A stretch of 64,000 nt of DNA from Octopus vulgaris (taxonomy: Eukaryota). The notes beneath the pieces are model-generated. The model searched no databases and was not told the DNA's origin. It saw only the letters and a list, made by a program, of their open reading frames with translations. Within the stretch, counting starts at the first letter, position 1. Each line of letters starts with the position of its first letter. Positions 50,850 through 63,354 of this stretch are shown piece by piece. The position numbers and the translations under genes are program-made. Where the stretch lies: contig OX597821.1 of assembly GCA_951406725.2 (NCBI GenBank), positions 87,172,001 to 87,236,000 on the forward strand, written 5' to 3'.

Positions 50850-51632
50850 TTTCGCAAACAACTTGCACATGCAAGTGCTACCAGCCAAAAGCTCTACATA
50901 CTGGAAGCCAGCACTTGTATGGGGTCATCAGGAGAAAATGTGCACCGTTTTGGGGCCTACCTCTTGATAGCATCATTGTGCACCAGCCCCACCTCACTGA
51001 TATGAGGCCCCGCTTGCTAGATTAACTGGTTATCAAATAAAGCTTAATATTCTTCTAGCCATCGCTCATTGTCTCTTTTTAACCAAATCCAGTGACTAGC
51101 CTTTTCCACGGTAGTTTGGATGGTATTTACTATATTATAAGTTAGGCCAAACGATAACAACATTCGCCTCATACTGTGTCCAACAAACCCTCTACATCTG
51201 ACTTCGAGTGGAAAATGCTCTGCTTTCCAGCCTGCATCTTCACATTCCTTGAGGAGGTTTACATAACAGTCAATCTTTCAAGCACGAGTGGCATCTACAT
51301 TATCTTCATGTGGAACTGTTAACTTGACTAGATTTACCACTTCTTTTCTTTCACACCACATTAAAATGTCTGGTTTTTTTCATAACTGGGATGGGAAAGA
51401 GTCCCTGGCACCCTGGTTAATCTGCAGCCACCTCCCAATTGCTGGTCCACTTTTCATCGCTCACAGGAAGATTTTTTCTTCTTCTTGGAATGGATTTGCT
51501 GTCCTGAGCACATGAAGGTAATGAAATCTCTAGTTGGTACTTTCAACAGTGTTTTCTACTGTTGATGAGATCAGTTTTTTTTTTTTATAGCATTGAAAAT
51601 AACCTTAAGGACAAGGTTGTGTCTCCATGTAA
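50850..51632 (-). mobile_element. Decayed HERO-type (R2-group) non-LTR retrotransposon 3' end, restriction-like endonuclease domain
   Basis: Manual translation: TWRHNLVL..ITFMCSG..WEVAAD*..KPDILMWCERKEVVNLVKLTVPHEDNVDATRA*K..Y..L.KECEDAGWKAEHFPLEVRCRGFVGHS..VEKASHWIWLKR..* (stop 51044-51046); missing from the ORF track. Confidence 0.82.
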
Positions 51633-52146
51633 TTATGCTAACTATAGGCCTACCTATGCATCGTGGTCAGTTTCAGGTTGGATAGGATACTGTGTTCCTT
51701 TGGTCAGATAGTTCATTGGGCTTTCAGTGTCTAGGAAGAGTTTAAATTCAGAGCACCAACAACGAGGACAGATATGATAAGAGATCTAATCTCACATTCT
51801 GATAATTTCACCAACCTAGAGTCATGGACTGTTACTTTACCATCAATCACCTGTGAAAGGATGAAAGGAAAAGATGAGTTTTGAACTCAGAGTCTATGGA
51901 GCTGGATCAAACACTGCATGAAATTATATCTGACAATCTAATGACTTTTTTAAGTCTCTATCTTCAGTGATACCTTGTGCTGTAGAAGTGAGCTGAAAAA
52001 CAAAAATCTAAGGAATTATTCTAACTTAGCCATAGAATTTAAAACATTATGGCTTGTAACAAATATGACCCTCATTCCACTTCAAAGTGACAAGACTGAG
52101 GATATATAATCGCTTTGTAAAGACATCAATAAGTTACTCAAGATAA

Positions 52147-52319
52147 GTGTGTGTATACATACAAACATACATACACACATACATACCTACACACACATAT
52201 ATATACACATATATATATATATATATATGCATACATACACACATATATATACATACAGACAAACACATATATGTATATATATACATACGTACATATATAC
52301 ACATATATACCTGTATATA

Positions 52320-52407
<88 letters not shown>

Positions 52408-52409
52408 CA

Positions 52410-52462
<53 letters not shown>
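52147..52462. repeat. (TA)n/(CATA)n microsatellite
   Basis: Direct reading. Confidence 0.95.
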
Positions 52463-52463
<1 letters not shown>

Positions 52464-53318
52464 AGGCAGTGCTCCAGCCTGACCACAGGCAAATGACTGA
52501 AATAAGTAAAATAATAAAAGAATATGTAAGTGTTTGTATACACACACACACACACACATTCCAGGAAATAGCACAAGTAGTCTTTAAACATTGTTATAAC
52601 ATTTCAGTGAAAGTTAATCTTCAATATTTGTATACATGTTTTCCAGGATGTACCTAATTTACTGGACTATATGAAAGGAAATTCTCCAAGTAGCTCTCAA
52701 GTCATAAACAAATAAGAATGGATATTTTCCCCCCCTCTGTAGGAGGGTGTGTGTTTCTAGTCAACTGCACTGCCCCGAGACAGCTTAGAGAGACAGACAG
52801 ATAAAAAGAAAAGTAGGATACAGATGAAGAATAGTTTGACAGAGAGGTAAGAAGGCTAGACAAACACGACTGACAACTGGGCAGAGTTGTAGATAGACAA
52901 ACATCCAGACAGATAATTGTTGTATCCCCAGAAATGGAAAGGAAATTAATACTTCAGAGTGTATATTGGGTATATACAATAAGGACACATTTCATCTCAA
53001 AATAGAGACAGAGACCACCCAGTGGTTTAACAAAGTAATTGGTAGAGATGGCCTTTGAAGAATTGCAAATAATAACATTAATGATTTTTCTTTTTTTTTA
53101 ATAATGTTCTGGTTCAAGAAAAATCCCAATGAGCAAAATTTGAAAAACAAAAAAAAAATGTTGTTTTTCTTTATTTTCATAGTTTTACAATTCAAAATCC
53201 TGTAGACTTTCATTTTGGGGGATAACAAGATACGGATTGTCCAAGGGCACATGTTTCTTGAGTTATATCTTTCATGGGAAGCAGGTCATTGAGGCAAGTG
53301 GTATCTGGAAATTTCTCT

Positions 53319-53485
53319 TGATGATGATGATGGTGGTGGTGAGGACGACGACGATGATGATGATGATGATTGCAATAATGGTGGTGATAATGATGATGAT
53401 GATAATGATGGAGAAGATGATGATGACGATGATATTGATGAAGGTGATGATGATGACAGTGATAATGGTGATGATGATGGTGACA

Positions 53486-53516
<31 letters not shown>

Positions 53517-53518
53517 CA

Positions 53519-53556
<38 letters not shown>

Positions 53557-53604
53557 AATGATGATGACGGTGACAATGATATTGATGATGATGATGATGA
53601 TGAT
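53319..53604. repeat. (GAT)n microsatellite
   Basis: Direct reading. Confidence 0.97.
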
Positions 53605-54821
53605 CTTTTCTTTATTAGCCACAAGGGCTTGAAAATATATAAAAAAAAACTTGAAACTTTTACCATGAGTTACAAAGAAAGATTTACATGAAGTGCAAAA
53701 AAAAAATGTTTACAAATTATGAAAAGAATGGGTGAGAGACATTATAAAAATTATATGGGAATGAATTCTTAAAATTTAAAACGTACATGCATATACATAA
53801 ACACACATACATATCCATATACACTCATGTACTTACGTATAAATACACATGTACTTGTACACACACACATGTACTTGTACATACACATGTATATATGTAT
53901 ATATGAAAATTTGCACAGAAATAAATGAAATAGTGCACAAGAGATAACAAAGTACATGATAATTAAAACAAGGTATCATTTAAAGAAATAAGACAAGAAT
54001 GATTTTTCTGGCTGGGTTGAGTTGGGTACTTCATGACACCAATCTCATAACCATTTCTTGAACTGTGTTCGAGTGCAACCAAACGTACCAGTGAGCATTT
54101 TTGATGTAATGTATCAATTTTAATTTTATTAGTAATTTATCTTTTGGATGTTGTTTTCTATTCTGAACCTAATTGTGGAGAGTCTGCATTACCATAAGTG
54201 TATAATTTCCTTTGTTAGCTGTTTGTTTGATTATCAAAGAATAACGAAGCATTCTTAATTTTTATCTTCTGTATTGTCTTTATCATTTTCCTAAGGTATT
54301 TCATTATCATTTAAAAGAAATTGTTCCACCTTGTCTGTTTTTATTGTTTTATGTTGAGTTTATTTTGTGTGATTTTCATTTCTTAATTTTTCCCTTTTGT
54401 ATTTTCCTATCTAATTATATCTTTCTCATTGCAAGATGAGGTTGTTGTACTGCATATTGGTACTGTTAGGAGATGAGGTACTTGCATATTTATTTGTGAT
54501 ATTTTTTGTCATCCCCAAAGTTTCAGCTGCTGGTGTTTAAGGATCTAGGACTTGTTGTCCTTTCTTTTGTTGCTCCACACTATTTTCCTTGCTTTTACTT
54601 AATCTTACCAATTCTTCAAGGCATTTAGCTCTAAGGTATGTTATACTCAGACAAATATAACAACTAATCTTTCAACCCTGTATCATCAATCTTACGCCCT
54701 TTGTCTCTGCACCTTCTACTGGTCACAGCTCCTTTATGGCAATATAGCTTTCAAAAAGTATTAGGACTAGCAGCTCCATTTTGATGACAACCCCTGGGGA
54801 CAGGGCACCTTTTGTTAAGCA

Positions 54822-54984
54822 AGAGTGGCTGTGTGGTAAGTAGCTTGCTAACCAACCACATGGTTCCGGGTTCAGTCCCACTGCGTGGCATCTTGGGCAA
54901 GTGTCTTCTGCTATAGCCCCGGGCCGACCAATGCCTTGTCAGTTGATTTGGTAGACGGAAACTGAAAGAAGCCTGTCGTATATG

Positions 54985-55021
<37 letters not shown>

Positions 55022-55232
55022 TTGTGTGTCTGTGTTTGTTCCCCTAGCATTGCTTGACAACTGATGCTGGTGTGTTTACGTCCACGTCACTTAGCGGTTC
55101 GGCAAAAGAGACCGATAGAATAAGTACTGGGCTTACAAAAAGAAAAAGTCCCGGGGTCGATTTGCTTGACTAAAGGCGGTGCTCCAGCATGGCCGCAGTC
55201 AAATGACTGAAACTTGTAAAAGAGTAAAAGAG
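54822..55232 (+). mobile_element. SINE family B (young)
   Basis: Full copy. Confidence 0.92.
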
Positions 55233-55252
55233 TATACTGGAACACGAAGACA

Positions 55253-55868
55253 GCAAGGTAGCAGAATCATTACCATGCTGGACAGAATGCTTGGCAGCAT
55301 TTCACCTAACTTTATTTTCTGAGTTCAAATGCTACCTAGGTTTACTTTGTCTGTCATCCTTTCAGGTAATTATCAAAAGTACCAGCTGAACAAGTGAACA
55401 CAGTCGCTGATTTTGCAACAAAAAAAAACACTGGTTCTAAACTCACCCTAAGAGATCAACACAGTAGTTGTACCGACAAGTAATATTTGTAGCCACTTTG
55501 ACATGGCTGTCTGTTCGAGCAGACACTACTGCGATTTTTTAACCCCAAGAAGACATCTCCTCTAGCTAGTTAACGATGCACAGTTGCATCTGGTAATTGC
55601 ACGCAGGTGGTAGGAGTTCGCTCCCCTGCTTGCAGTTTTATCGGATGCAGCTGTGCATCGTTAACCAGCTAGAGGAGATGTCCTCTTGGGGTTGAAAAAT
55701 CGCAGTAGTGTCTGCTCGAATGGACAGCCATGTCAAAGTGGCTACGAATATTACTTGTCAATAAAATGAAGTTCTGACTTAAGTACTGGAGTTGATGTAA
55801 TTGACTAACCCTCTTCTCCCCAATAAAAAAATTTTTTTAAATGCTGGCCTTGTGCCAAATTTGGAAAC
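55253..55868 (+). mobile_element. Old SINE C interrupted by the foldback MITE region
   Basis: Head 55253-55390; tail actggagttgatgtaattgac..ggccttgtgcc 55780-55868. Confidence 0.65.
55473..55761. mobile_element. About 289-bp foldback MITE (TA-flanked, Tc1/mariner-pogo-like ends)
   Basis: TA|CCGACAAGTAATATTTGTAGCCACTTTGACATGGCTGTC... and ...GACAGCCATGTCAAAGTGGCTACGAATATTACTTGTCAA|TA; complementarity runs almost to the centre. Confidence 0.8.
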
Positions 55869-56214
55869 ATATATCTCGGTGATGGTGGTGGTGGTGGTTA
55901 TAGTGAGTTTTTAAATTATTACAAAAACAAATATCCTTTCCTCTGCAAAAGATAACTAACCCCTTACCCACTACCACACACCTTCCTTATAAAAAAAACC
56001 CCAACAAAGTAAAAAAAAAAATCCTTGATAATCCTTGAAGCAGACCCCTTATCACTACCATTGTCTCTCATACTTGAATAAACTGAGCAACTAATGAGAA
56101 TTAAACTTAAAGAAGGTGACAAGACTACAGAAGCACTTGACCTAAAAGCAACCTGGAGGTGCAGAAGAAAAGAAAGAAGATTCTGAAAAACTCATAGAAC
56201 TGATATGGAATTAT

Positions 56215-56788
56215 GGAGGTGGTGGGAGTGGTGGTTACAGCTGCAATGGTAATGGTGATGCTAGTAGTGGCGGCGGTGGTAGAAGCTGTTGTCGTAGTGG
56301 TGATGGTGGTGGTAGTGGTGGTAGTGGTGTTGATGACGGTTTCTATGGGTTTCTATGTTGGAGGAGTGGTATAATGATGAAGGTGGCAGTGAGAATGGAG
56401 GGGGTGGTGATGGTGGTGGTGATGGTGGTGGTGATGGTGGTGGTGATGGTGGTGTTGATGGTGATGATGATGATGGTGGTGGTGATGGTGCTGGTGCTGG
56501 TGATGATGGTGATGATGGTGGTGATGATGGTGATGGTGGTGATGATGGTGATGGTGCTGGTGATGATGGTGGTGACGATGGTGATGGTGGTGATGATGGT
56601 GATGGTGATGGTGGTGGTGGTGAGAATGGTGGAGGTGGTGCTGGTGATGGTAGTGATGGTGGTGATGATGGTGGTGGTGGGGGTTGTGATGGTGGTGGCG
56701 ATGAAGGTGGTAGTGGTGATGAATGGTTTTGGTGGTGTTAATAGTGGTGATAGTGATGACTTGGTAGCACTAGCAGTGGTGATGTTGC

Positions 56789-56819
<31 letters not shown>

Positions 56820-57396
56820 AGAAGTGGTGATGGTATAACAATATTGAATCTGTTGGAGATGGTAGTGTTAAATATATTCGTTTGCTGATGGTAGTGATGG
56901 TTTGGCAGCGTCCGTGGTGGTGATAATGGCTTGGCGACGGCAGTGGTATGTTAATGATGGTGATGAGGGTTCGTTAAATGGTGGTGGTGGTGGTGGTGGT
57001 GGTGGTGGTGGTGGTGGTGGTGGTGGTGGTGGTGGTGGTGGTGGTGGTGGTGGTGGTGGTGGTGGTAATAACATAAGTTGCACTAGTGCTGGCAATGGAC
57101 TTGAGGACTGTAGTGGTGGAGGTGATGGTTTGGTGGCGTGGATGGTGATGGTAAGGGTCTGGTGGTGGCAGTGACCTGGTGACAGAAGTGATGAGAATGA
57201 TGACAGTGGGAGTACTTATAATGATTTGGTGGTGATGGTAGTGGTGGTGCTGGTGGTGGTGAAAATAATAAGGATAATGACAAGTCTGGTAATGAGCCAG
57301 GTACTGACATTGATGGAAGATTATGAGTGCATCTATCTTAACAAAAGATAGCTATGTCTATGAGCATAATGATGATGATGATGATGAGGATGGGGG

Positions 57397-57427
<31 letters not shown>

Positions 57428-57665
57428 AATGGTGGTGATGAAGGTGATGATGATGATGATGGTGATGATGATGAAGATGATGATGATGATGATGATGATG
57501 GTGGTGATGATGATGATGATGATGATGGTGGTGATGAAGATGATGATGATGATGATGATGATGATGGTGGTGGTAATGATGATGACGATGATGACCATGA
57601 CAATGATGATGATGACCATGACAATGACGACGAGGCACTGATGCTGATGGTGATTGTAACGATGA
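56215..57665. repeat. (GGT)n/(GAT)n low-complexity block
   Basis: Pure (GGT)n 56980-57067; (GAT)n-rich 57367-57630. Confidence 0.95.
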
Positions 57666-58282
57666 CTCTCGTTTAAGTGGTGCTGTGTAATAACAAAGGT
57701 GACATGCTTAAGTATTAAGGTTAAGTCATATGTACCACCCTGCACACATGCACACACACACACACACTGAGAAACTCTCTCTCTCTCTTTCATACATTCA
57801 AACACTTATGCACATGCACACACACACACACACACACATGCAGAGAAACTAGAAGTAGAAAGAGGTAAGGTATAAAGTTACAAGTGCTTCAGAGTAGCGA
57901 AATATGCTCCCCCCACTGAATGGAGTTAATGACCCAGTTTCAAATTTCTGTGCTTCAGTCATTTACTTCATATACACCCCTAATACCAGACAGGGAATGG
58001 TTGAATTGAGGAGGTCCTGGAACAACCAATTGAGAGTTCTGTAGTTCAAATCCAATCCCCAACATTAGAAAAACTTGACTCTCACCTGCTCTAAGTAGGA
58101 ACTGGAGATTGATATATTTCACTGCTGTAAGCAGTGTCAGCACTATAAAACTGAATAGTGTTTTATTGGCTTGTCTTCCTGAGTTCAGTTAATTTCTCCT
58201 ACAGCTCTGAAGAAAGGTAGAGAGAAAGAGAAGTTGAAGTAAGACAAATCTGAAGAAAGAGTTACATACATTTTTTAATAAT

Positions 58283-58438
58283 CATCATCATCATTGTTCG
58301 ACCGTGGTCGAGACAATGGAATTTACTATGTTACGCCAGACTTCACGGTCGATCATAGCATTACGGAGGTCTTGTTGCTGGATGCCTGTATCCCTGGAGA
58401 TTACATCAGGGTAGGAGAGTGTGTGCCCTCTGGTATTA
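58283..58438 (-). mobile_element. 5'-truncated RTE-group LINE terminus with (TGA)n tail
   Basis: TRGHTLSYPDVISRDTGIQQQDLRNAMIDREVWRNIVNSIVSTTVEQ* runs into tgatgatga; TSD tttaataat at 58274-58282 and 58439-58447. Confidence 0.8.
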
Positions 58439-58575
58439 TTTAATAATAGTTTGACTCAATCTACATGACTTAGAGTTTTGGGAGCACAGAGGAAGAATAC
58501 ATCTCACCAAATACCAGGGGTGTGTCCTATGTGCCCAATTTAAGTCATATGGAACTGAATCAAACAGTTATTAAA

Positions 58576-58639
<64 letters not shown>

Positions 58640-58641
<2 letters not shown>

Positions 58642-58918
58642 GTTTTCGTTTTTTGTATTTATATTCGTGTGGCTTCGTCTGTTTTTCTGTCCTTGTTGCG
58701 TTTACATTTGTTCCTTTTTCCAAGAAATCTAATGCTCACAGCTTATTTTTTTCTTGGGGCTGGCCGCATTGGAACAAATATCAGAATTAATCAGCCGAAG
58801 TTTGCTATCATGATCCGGTTTCTGACTGAAGATTAAAGGCTTCGAATGACCCGTCTGTTTTCTGTGTTCGTCCCTTTGTGTATTTCACGTTCTTGTTTCT
58901 TTATATATAATTTTTATA

Positions 58919-58921
<3 letters not shown>
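58640..58921. mobile_element. Unclassified about 280-bp unit inserted in (TA)n
   Basis: CpG-containing complex sequence flanked on both sides by (TA)n, like the other TA-targeted units; single copy here. Confidence 0.35.
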
Positions 58922-58968
<47 letters not shown>

Positions 58969-59011
58969 TATCAAATAAATACATATATATATAAAATATA
59001 TAAAATATTTA

Positions 59012-59363
59012 TATGATTCCGGGTTCAGTCCCGCTGCGTGGCACCTTGGGCAAATGTCTTCTACTCTAGCCTCGGGCTGACCAATCCCTTGTGAGTGGAT
59101 CTGGTAGGCGGAAACTGAAAGAAACCTGTCGTATATATGTATATGTATGTGTATGTATATGTTTCTGTGTCTGTGTTTGTCCCCTACAAACATCACTTGA
59201 CAACATCGCTGATGTGTTTACATCTCTGTAACTTAGCGGTTTGGCAAAAGAGACCGATAAAATAAGTACTAGGCTTACAAAGAATAAGTCCTGGGGTCAA
59301 TTTGCTCAACTAAAGGCAGTGCTCAAGCTTGACCACAGTCACATGACTGAAACAAGTAAAAGA

Positions 59364-59364
<1 letters not shown>
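59012..59364 (+). mobile_element. SINE family B, 5'-truncated
   Basis: tgattccgggttcagtccc...gaaacaagtaaaagag. Confidence 0.88.
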
Positions 59365-59400
<36 letters not shown>

Positions 59401-59468
59401 GGAGTAAACACATAAATGTGAAACAAGGTGGAAAAAGAGTACTCAAATACCAGTGGTAGAGTAATATG

Positions 59469-59670
59469 CTTTATTTAAAGCAGCAGAAAATTCAGCAAAA
59501 CCTGTTACTCTGAGTTTCCCGTTGCCGTTCGTCGGACAGTTTTTGCTAGAATTCTAGCAAAAACTGTCCGACGAATGGCAACGGGAAACTCAGCAAAAAC
59601 TGTCCGACGAACGGCAACGGGAAACTCAGAGTAACAGGTTTTGTTGAATTTTCTGCTGCTTTAAATAAAG
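59469..59670. repeat. Palindrome centred on gaattc (59549-59554) with a 36-bp tandem duplication in the right arm, within a (TA)n-flanked unit
   Basis: ctttatttaaagcagcagaaaattc...tttttgctag|aatt|ctagcaaaaa...gaattttctgctgctttaaataaag; ctgtccgacga at 59564 and 59600. Confidence 0.9.
59600..59637 (+). ncRNA. Hammerhead-like fold with variant core CCGACGA
   Basis: ctgt-CCGACGA-a-cg-GCAA-cg-g-GAAA-ctc-a-gag-TA-acag; stem I ctgt/acag extends into gcaaaa/ttttgt; identical copy on the minus strand at about 59502-59539. Confidence 0.5.
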
Positions 59671-59701
<31 letters not shown>

Positions 59702-59724
59702 ATTTTTACATACACACACACCCA

Positions 59725-59855
59725 CAATTAACTCACAAGACATTGGTTGATCTCTGGCTATAGCCGAAGACACTTGCCCAAGGTGCCATGCAGTGGGATT
59801 GAACCCCAAATCCCATGGTTGCAAAATAAACACCTTAACCATGCAGCTATGCCTA
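59725..59855 (-). mobile_element. SINE family B 5' half
   Basis: ctcacaag..gaagacacttgcccaaggtgccatgcagtggg. Confidence 0.8.
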
Positions 59856-60960
59856 TTATACCTATTATATTCAGTTCTATTAGTCATTTGTTAGTTTGCT
59901 GTAATATTTATGACCTGTTTTTTTTAAATATATTTATTTTTCATTTGATGAAGCACTCCTCCTCCTGGCGTTTATGTTTTGTTTGGGACTTTTATGATGT
60001 CCCTTGTTCTGTACCCAAGTGACAAAACAAACAAAACATTATTATTATTATTATTATTATCAATAACAGCATAGATAATAAGCATCATAAGTATCTTTGT
60101 AAATATCACTATTATTACTACCGCCACCACCACCACCACAACCACCACTGCCGCCACCATCACCACCACCACCACCACCGCCGCCGCCGCCGCCGCCACC
60201 ACCACCACAATTACCACTAAAACTATCATCATCATCATCATCATCATCGTCATCATTGTCACCACCACAACCACCATCATTATCATCGACCCTCCTCCTC
60301 CTCTTTCATCATCATTATCATCATCATCACTGGTAATAATAGTATTATAAAATATGCACTAAGAAATAGCAGCAATCCCACCAATCCCTCCCCTGCCAAA
60401 AAAAAAAAAACCATAAAAGGTAAAAAAAAACAATGAAAGAAACTAAAATCAACATAAAAAAAAGAAACCATTTAGTCTGGCATTCTACTACAACTACTAC
60501 TGAATGGATGATTTCCATTTTTAACAGACTTTGTGAATAAAAATGAAGAATGTTGATGCAATGGAATTGGTTCCACTGGGATTTGAACCCAGATCTGGAT
60601 AGACAGCGAAGTCTATCCAGATGAAAGCATTTCTAACTAATAACACAGCACTCCTTTTTGAAATCATTTTGATGATGTCAGTAAAAATACTAAGAATGGA
60701 ATACCAGGAAGATGGTATGGGAAAACGCTTAAAAGTAAATATAAAAATATTTCGTTCTCTGTAACTAAGTGACTAAGTTATTCTTGTATTTATTTATATA
60801 TTTCATTATATATTTTATATTATATATATATATTTTTTTTATTAGAGCACAAATTGTGCCATAATAAAGGAACTGCTGTTTTAGAAGAGATAAACATCTT
60901 AATAGCTTCCTGTGCGAAGACAGGGAAATAGAGAGTGAAAAAACTAGTGGAGTACTAAAG

Positions 60961-60999
<39 letters not shown>

Positions 61000-61145
61000 T
61001 AGAGTGTGTGTCTGAGAGAGGGAGAGGGAGAGAGTGAGACCGAGAGACAGAGACAGAGAAATACTGAATATGGCTATTACTCAGTCAGGTCAAGTGCCAT
61101 GGAAAATGGTGTTAAAATTGACAATAAATATATAAATAACTTTCT

Positions 61146-61182
<37 letters not shown>

Positions 61183-61224
61183 ACTTAAACATAGTCACAC
61201 ACACTCATACAGGTGTATACATAT

Positions 61225-61257
<33 letters not shown>

Positions 61258-61489
61258 CATACATGTATGCATACACACATTCATGTACAAATATATATAC
61301 ACACATACATTTGAAGACACACACATGTATATATATATATTCATATAACATAGAATGATGGGTTTTCTCCATTGTCGTGTGTATTAGATGACGAAATTAC
61401 TATGACAAGTGGTGAGACATTGTATTCAAATAGACTCACCCAGCATATACCAATAAAGGAAATATGATGTTGATCAGTATTACTACTGT

Positions 61490-61518
61490 TATCATCATCA
61501 TCATTATTATTATAATTA

Positions 61519-61574
<56 letters not shown>

Positions 61575-61605
61575 GTTGTTGTTGTTGTTGTTGTTGCTGT
61601 TGTTA

Positions 61606-61667
<62 letters not shown>
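61490..61667. repeat. (ATT)n/(GTT)n microsatellite
   Basis: Direct reading. Confidence 0.97.
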
Positions 61668-61668
<1 letters not shown>

Positions 61669-62257
61669 TTCACATCTATACACAAATACAAAAAAAAGTA
61701 TCCACATTTGATATTGACCAATCTCAACCATGTGTGATACATCATATACAAACACTTATTGGTAATCTCTGAACATTTCTCTTCAGAAATTCTAGTCAAT
61801 AATGAACGAACATTGACAACAGGATGAGACTAAGTCAAACTGGTTCCCCTAAAAAAACACCAATTAAATAATAAACATAGAAATATATAAAAGTAATCTG
61901 GTATAATCCACCTCATAGCTAAAAAATATCCACAAATATAGCAAGTATATTTCTGACATTGATTAATATGAACTTCTCTTTACAACATATAACATAAAAA
62001 ATTTTCAATAAAATTTCTGTTAATGCTAGCTACAGCTGCATGTGAAAAATAGTATTACAAATATCTAATTGCAACCTAAAATCCATAATCATCTTACAAA
62101 CTGTCCAACTTCTGTGTAAATGAAGAAACATTTCTAGCTGCCCTCTGGATAAAGAGTGCCCATGGAAAGGAAGAGATGTAGATGTAGTATCATTACATCA
62201 GGTTAATTTTGAGCACTTTGAAAACTAAATAAACACAAACATATCATTTCTCTAGAT

Positions 62258-62365
62258 CAGTGGTTTTCAACAGGGATCCATATGGCCCCTGAGTGTCCAT
62301 ATAAGATTTTTTGGGCGGGGAGTGGTGTCCATGCAACAAAATGATAAATTGGGGATTCACAGTAG
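62258..62365. mobile_element. One-ended fragment of the same hAT-type MITE
   Basis: tctagat|CAGTGGTTTTCAACAGGGATCCATATGGCCCC...ataagatttt resembles the reverse complement of 15705-15758. Confidence 0.55.
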
Positions 62366-62397
62366 TACTTTATCATTTACACCTTGTGTGTGTATAT

Positions 62398-62438
<41 letters not shown>

Positions 62439-62617
62439 ATTTCTCTACTATTTTGAATAAATATATGTTCGTGTGTGAGTTGTTTATAGCAGTCATGAGA
62501 AAAATGTACTCAATACTGAATGTAGAATATAATTTTGTTAATTCAATTGAAGTCTTATGCCATTTCTTAAGGTATAACGATTCTACTTCCGCCCAACTAC
62601 GTGCACAAGAAAGTATC

Positions 62618-62743
62618 AGCTGTGTGGCAAGTGGTTTGCTTCTCAACCACATGGTTTTGGGTTCAATCCAATTTGGGTGACATCTTGGTCAAATTATCTT
62701 CTACTATAGTCCCAGGCCAACCGATATCTCATGAGTGTATTGA

Positions 62744-62826
<83 letters not shown>

Positions 62827-63078
62827 TGTGTGTGTGTCTGTGTGTGTGTCTGTGATCTTGACATCACGTAATAGTTGTGATACAAACAGTGTCATTCATT
62901 TCCATTACTCGGCCAAAGCAGTTTTGTCCTGAGGAAATATTACCTTACTTGGAAACACGTGTGGGTTGGCAGCAGAAAAAGGGATCTTGCTATAGAAAAG
63001 TTGCCTCAATAAACTCAGCCTGACCTATACAAGCATGACACAGTGGACATTAAAAAGATGATGATGATGGTGATGATG
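62618..63078 (+). mobile_element. SINE family G (B-type head and (TG)n, then D-type RTE-like tail)
   Basis: gctgtgtggcaag..ccacatggttttgggttcaatcc; ggaaatattaccttacttggaaac..gggttggc..ggacattaaa(gat)n; related decayed copies at about 21160-21420 and 42125-42400. Confidence 0.7.
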
Positions 63079-63136
63079 AAAGTAATCCAACAATAAAATG
63101 GACCATGGGTGTAAAGGTTAAAGGTATGTAACTACA

Positions 63137-63354
63137 GGCAGCGAACTGGCAGAATCGTTAGCACGCCGGGCAAAATACATAGCCATATTTCGTTCTGAGT
63201 TCAAATTCCGTCGAGGTCGACTTTGCCTTTCATCCTTTCGGGGTCAATAAATTAAGTACCAGTTACGCACTGGGGTCGATGTAATCGACTTAATCCGTTT
63301 GTCTGTCCTTGTTTGTCCCCTCTGTGTTTAGCCCCTTGTGGGTAATAAAGAAAT
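63137..63354 (+). mobile_element. SINE family C (young, tail type 1)
   Basis: TSD aggtatgtaactac at 63122-63135 and 63355-63368. Confidence 0.92.

Noticed and set aside
50848-51158. Solo LTR (TG...CA with AATAAA)
   Set aside because: No TSD, and the putative right end lies inside the HERO-type coding frame on the minus strand
56355-57805. Gly/Asp-, Pro-, His- and Met-rich ORFs
   Set aside because: Trinucleotide low-complexity DNA open in several frames on both strands; no unique coding content
58820-58860. Hammerhead at gactgaagattaaaggcttcgaat
   Set aside because: No GAAA, and no convincing stem I or II pairing
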